A stretch of DNA of 64,000 bases. Origin: Scyliorhinus canicula. Its lineage: Eukaryota. Position 1 is the first letter of the stretch. Each line of letters begins with the position of its first letter. Made by a program: the position numbers and the translations under genes. Location of the stretch: the NCBI RefSeq assembly GCF_902713615.1, contig NC_052164.1, positions 92,363,377 through 92,427,376 of the forward strand, written 5' to 3'. The notes under the pieces are model-generated. The model saw only the letters and a program-made list of their open reading frames with translations, made no database searches and was not told the origin of the DNA. Shown in pieces: positions 61,730-64,000 of the stretch.

Positions 61730-62340
61730 ATCTCCCTCATCTTCATTTCATTACATTTTTAAATCCTCCCTGAGCTTCATTTCATTGCATTTTTAAAACC
61801 TTCCTCATCTTCATTTCATTGCATTTTTAAATCCTCGTCATTTCATTGCATTTTTTAAATCTCATCTTCATTTCATTGTCCTTTTTATTCTTCACTTAAT
61901 TTTATTTTTCATCTCCCTAATCTTAATTTCATTGTATATTTAATCTCATCTTCATTTCATTGCATTTTTAAATCTTTGCTGCATTGTCTTTTTGATCATC
62001 TTCACTTCATTTTATTTTTAATCTCCCTAATCTTCATTTCATTATATATTTAATCTCCCAAATCTTTATTTCACTGTATTTTTTACATCTCCCTCATCTT
62101 CACTTTATTGCAATTTTTAAATCTCATCTTCACTTCATTGTCTTTTTGATCATCTTTACTTCATTTTATTTTTAATCTAACTCATCTTCATTTCATTGTA
62201 TATTTAATCATCATAATTTCATTGCATTTTTAATCTCCCTCATCACTGTTGCATTTTAAAATCTCCCTCTTCATTTCATTGCATGTTTTAATCTCTCATC
62301 TTCACTTTATTGCATTTCTAATCTCCCTCATCTTCATGAC

Positions 62341-63160
62341 ATTTTTTTTTTACATTTTTATTCTCCTTTTTCACATTTTCTCCCAAATGTACACCCAACA
62401 ATAATCAATAATGAATGTAATGTCAATCCGCATATCAATAACAACGATCCCATCCTCCCACCAAACCCCAGACATTGGCCCGCTTTTAACATAAACAAAT
62501 GACAAAAAGGAATCAGGATTCACTCATAGTCACCATTATCACATACAGTATGAACATGGTTTGTGGGGCCTCCCCCGCAACGTTCACACACATCTTCTAC
62601 CCCCTCAAAGAGCCGGCTCATCCTCGCTATTGTAAGGTACGCTCCATACACCACCTTCAGCTGTATCAGCCCCAACCTCGCACACGAGGTGGAGGCTTTC
62701 ACCCTCCGGAGCACGTCCTCCATACCCTCTCCCAACTCTTCCTCCCACATTGCCTTGATCCCTTCCAGTGGCGCCTTCTCCTCCTCCAAAATAACCCCGT
62801 AAACCTCCCATACTACCCCCTTCTCCAGTCCCCCTGTCATCAGCATCTTCTCCAGCAATGTGGAAGCCGGCTCTACTGGGAAGCTCTGTATCTCCTTTGT
62901 GGCAAAGTCTTGAACCTGCATGTATCTAAATATTTCCGCCTGCTCCAGCCCATACTTCACCCCCAACTCCTTCAATCCTGCAAAACGACCTCCAAGAAAT
63001 GAATCTTTTAGTGTTCTAGTTCCTTTCTCCTCCCATCTCCGAAAATTTCCATCCCATGTCCCTGGCTCAAATCTATGGTTCCCCCAAATTGGCATTTCCC
63101 TTGACTCTGCCCCCAACCCGAAGTGCTGTCGAAACGACGTCCAAATTCTCAACGAAGCTA
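62341..63160 (-). mobile_element. 5'-truncated L1/Tx1 fragment inserted in the satellite
   Basis: ORF 62520-63152 (PIWGNHRF...CARLGLIQLKVV...CERCGGGPTNHVH); poly-T (tail) at 62342-62351. Confidence 0.88.
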
Positions 63161-63699
63161 TAACTTCATTACATTTTTAATCACCTTCACTTCATTGTAT
63201 TTCTAAAATCTCTCATCTTCATTTCATTGCATTTTTAACTCCCTCATCTTCATTTCATCGTATTTTTTAATCTCCCTCTTCATTTTATTGCATTTTTAAT
63301 CTCCCTCATCTTCACTTTATTGCATTTTTAAAATCTCATCTTCATTTCATTGCATTTTAATCTCTCATCTTCATTTCATTGCATTTTAATCTCTCATCTT
63401 CATTTAGTGCAGTTTTAGGGTAGCGGAGTGGTTAGCACTGTTGCTTCACAGCACTACCTGAAGGATGAGCCCAGCCGAGACGAACCTGATGACTTCTAAC
63501 TGCTTGTGGTTCACATAGAAATAAAGAAATCAGCACTGGGATCATAATACATGTCATATTCATAACTTAACATGGATGTGGAAGCTTCTGGAATTATGGG
63601 TTATTTATTTAAAAACTGACACTGATGAATTGATAAGATGGTAACTTTAACCCAGACTATCAAGCTTCCAAAGTGTCTTGAATTGAATCATAGTGGATC

Positions 63700-63930
63700 G
63701 GGGCGACTCGGTGGTGCAGTGGTTGTCACTGCTGCCTCACGGCACCGAGGACCCGTGTTCAATCCCAGATCACTGTCCGTGTGGAGTTTACACATTCTCC
63801 GTGTGTCTGCATGGGTCTCACCCCCACAACCCAAAGATGTGCAGGGTAAGTGGACTGGCCATGCTAAATTGCTCCTTAATTGGTAAAAAATGAATTGGGT
63901 ACTTTAAATTTATTTAATTTATTTATTTAT
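63700..63930 (+). mobile_element. Short-form HE1 SINE
   Basis: Same short variant as 3121-3354 and 46520-46715. Confidence 0.85.
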
Positions 63931-64000
63931 TGAATTGGGGTTTAGAAACACACAGGTCTACCTTTCCAAAAATAAACCACACTGATTGGAATTGGGGGAT

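Larger units (their letters stand above)
61230..63415. repeat. AT-rich degenerate tandem array, unit about 30-33 bp (CTCCCTCATCTTCATTTCATTGCATTTTTAAT), interrupted by a SINE and an L1 fragment
   Basis: Dozens of recurrences at 61230-61547, 61730-62340 and 63160-63415. Confidence 0.9.

Noticed and set aside
61230-63415. CRISPR-like array
   Set aside because: Eukaryotic context, degenerate contiguous units, no unique spacers, no cas genes.

Overview
Eukaryotic, vertebrate DNA. The HE1/V-SINE-type repeat content points to a cartilaginous fish (shark/catshark-like; inferred). The window holds the conserved NKAPD1(C11orf57)-PIH1D2-DLAT cluster. It contains the 5' part of NKAPD1 on the minus strand (non-coding/uORF exon near 16.3-16.5 kb, coding exons 9289-9357 and 787-887, continuing off the left edge). 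A CpG-island bidirectional promoter lies at about 16.0-17.3 kb. PIH1D2 has a complete CDS on the plus strand (4 coding exons, 332 aa), and DLAT (pyruvate dehydrogenase E2) has a complete CDS on the minus strand (14 exons, 621 aa, one GC-AG intron). Introns are packed with mobile-element relics: two near-full-length L1/Tx1-type LINEs, L1 fragments, CR1, L2, Rex1, two Gypsy relics, hAT MITEs, about 20 HE1 SINEs, a second tRNA-derived SINE family and Penelope-type relics. A ~33-bp satellite abuts the DLAT promoter. I found no clear novel gene system. The best leads are (i) a tRNA-SINE whose 3' stem-loop matches the Rex1 LINE 3' end, (ii) three staggered upstream ATGs in NKAPD1 exon 1, one in frame with the main CDS, (iii) a hAT MITE carrying a SINE tail, and (iv) an RFX X-box in the shared promoter. 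Repeat boundaries are approximate; exon boundaries were read base by base.
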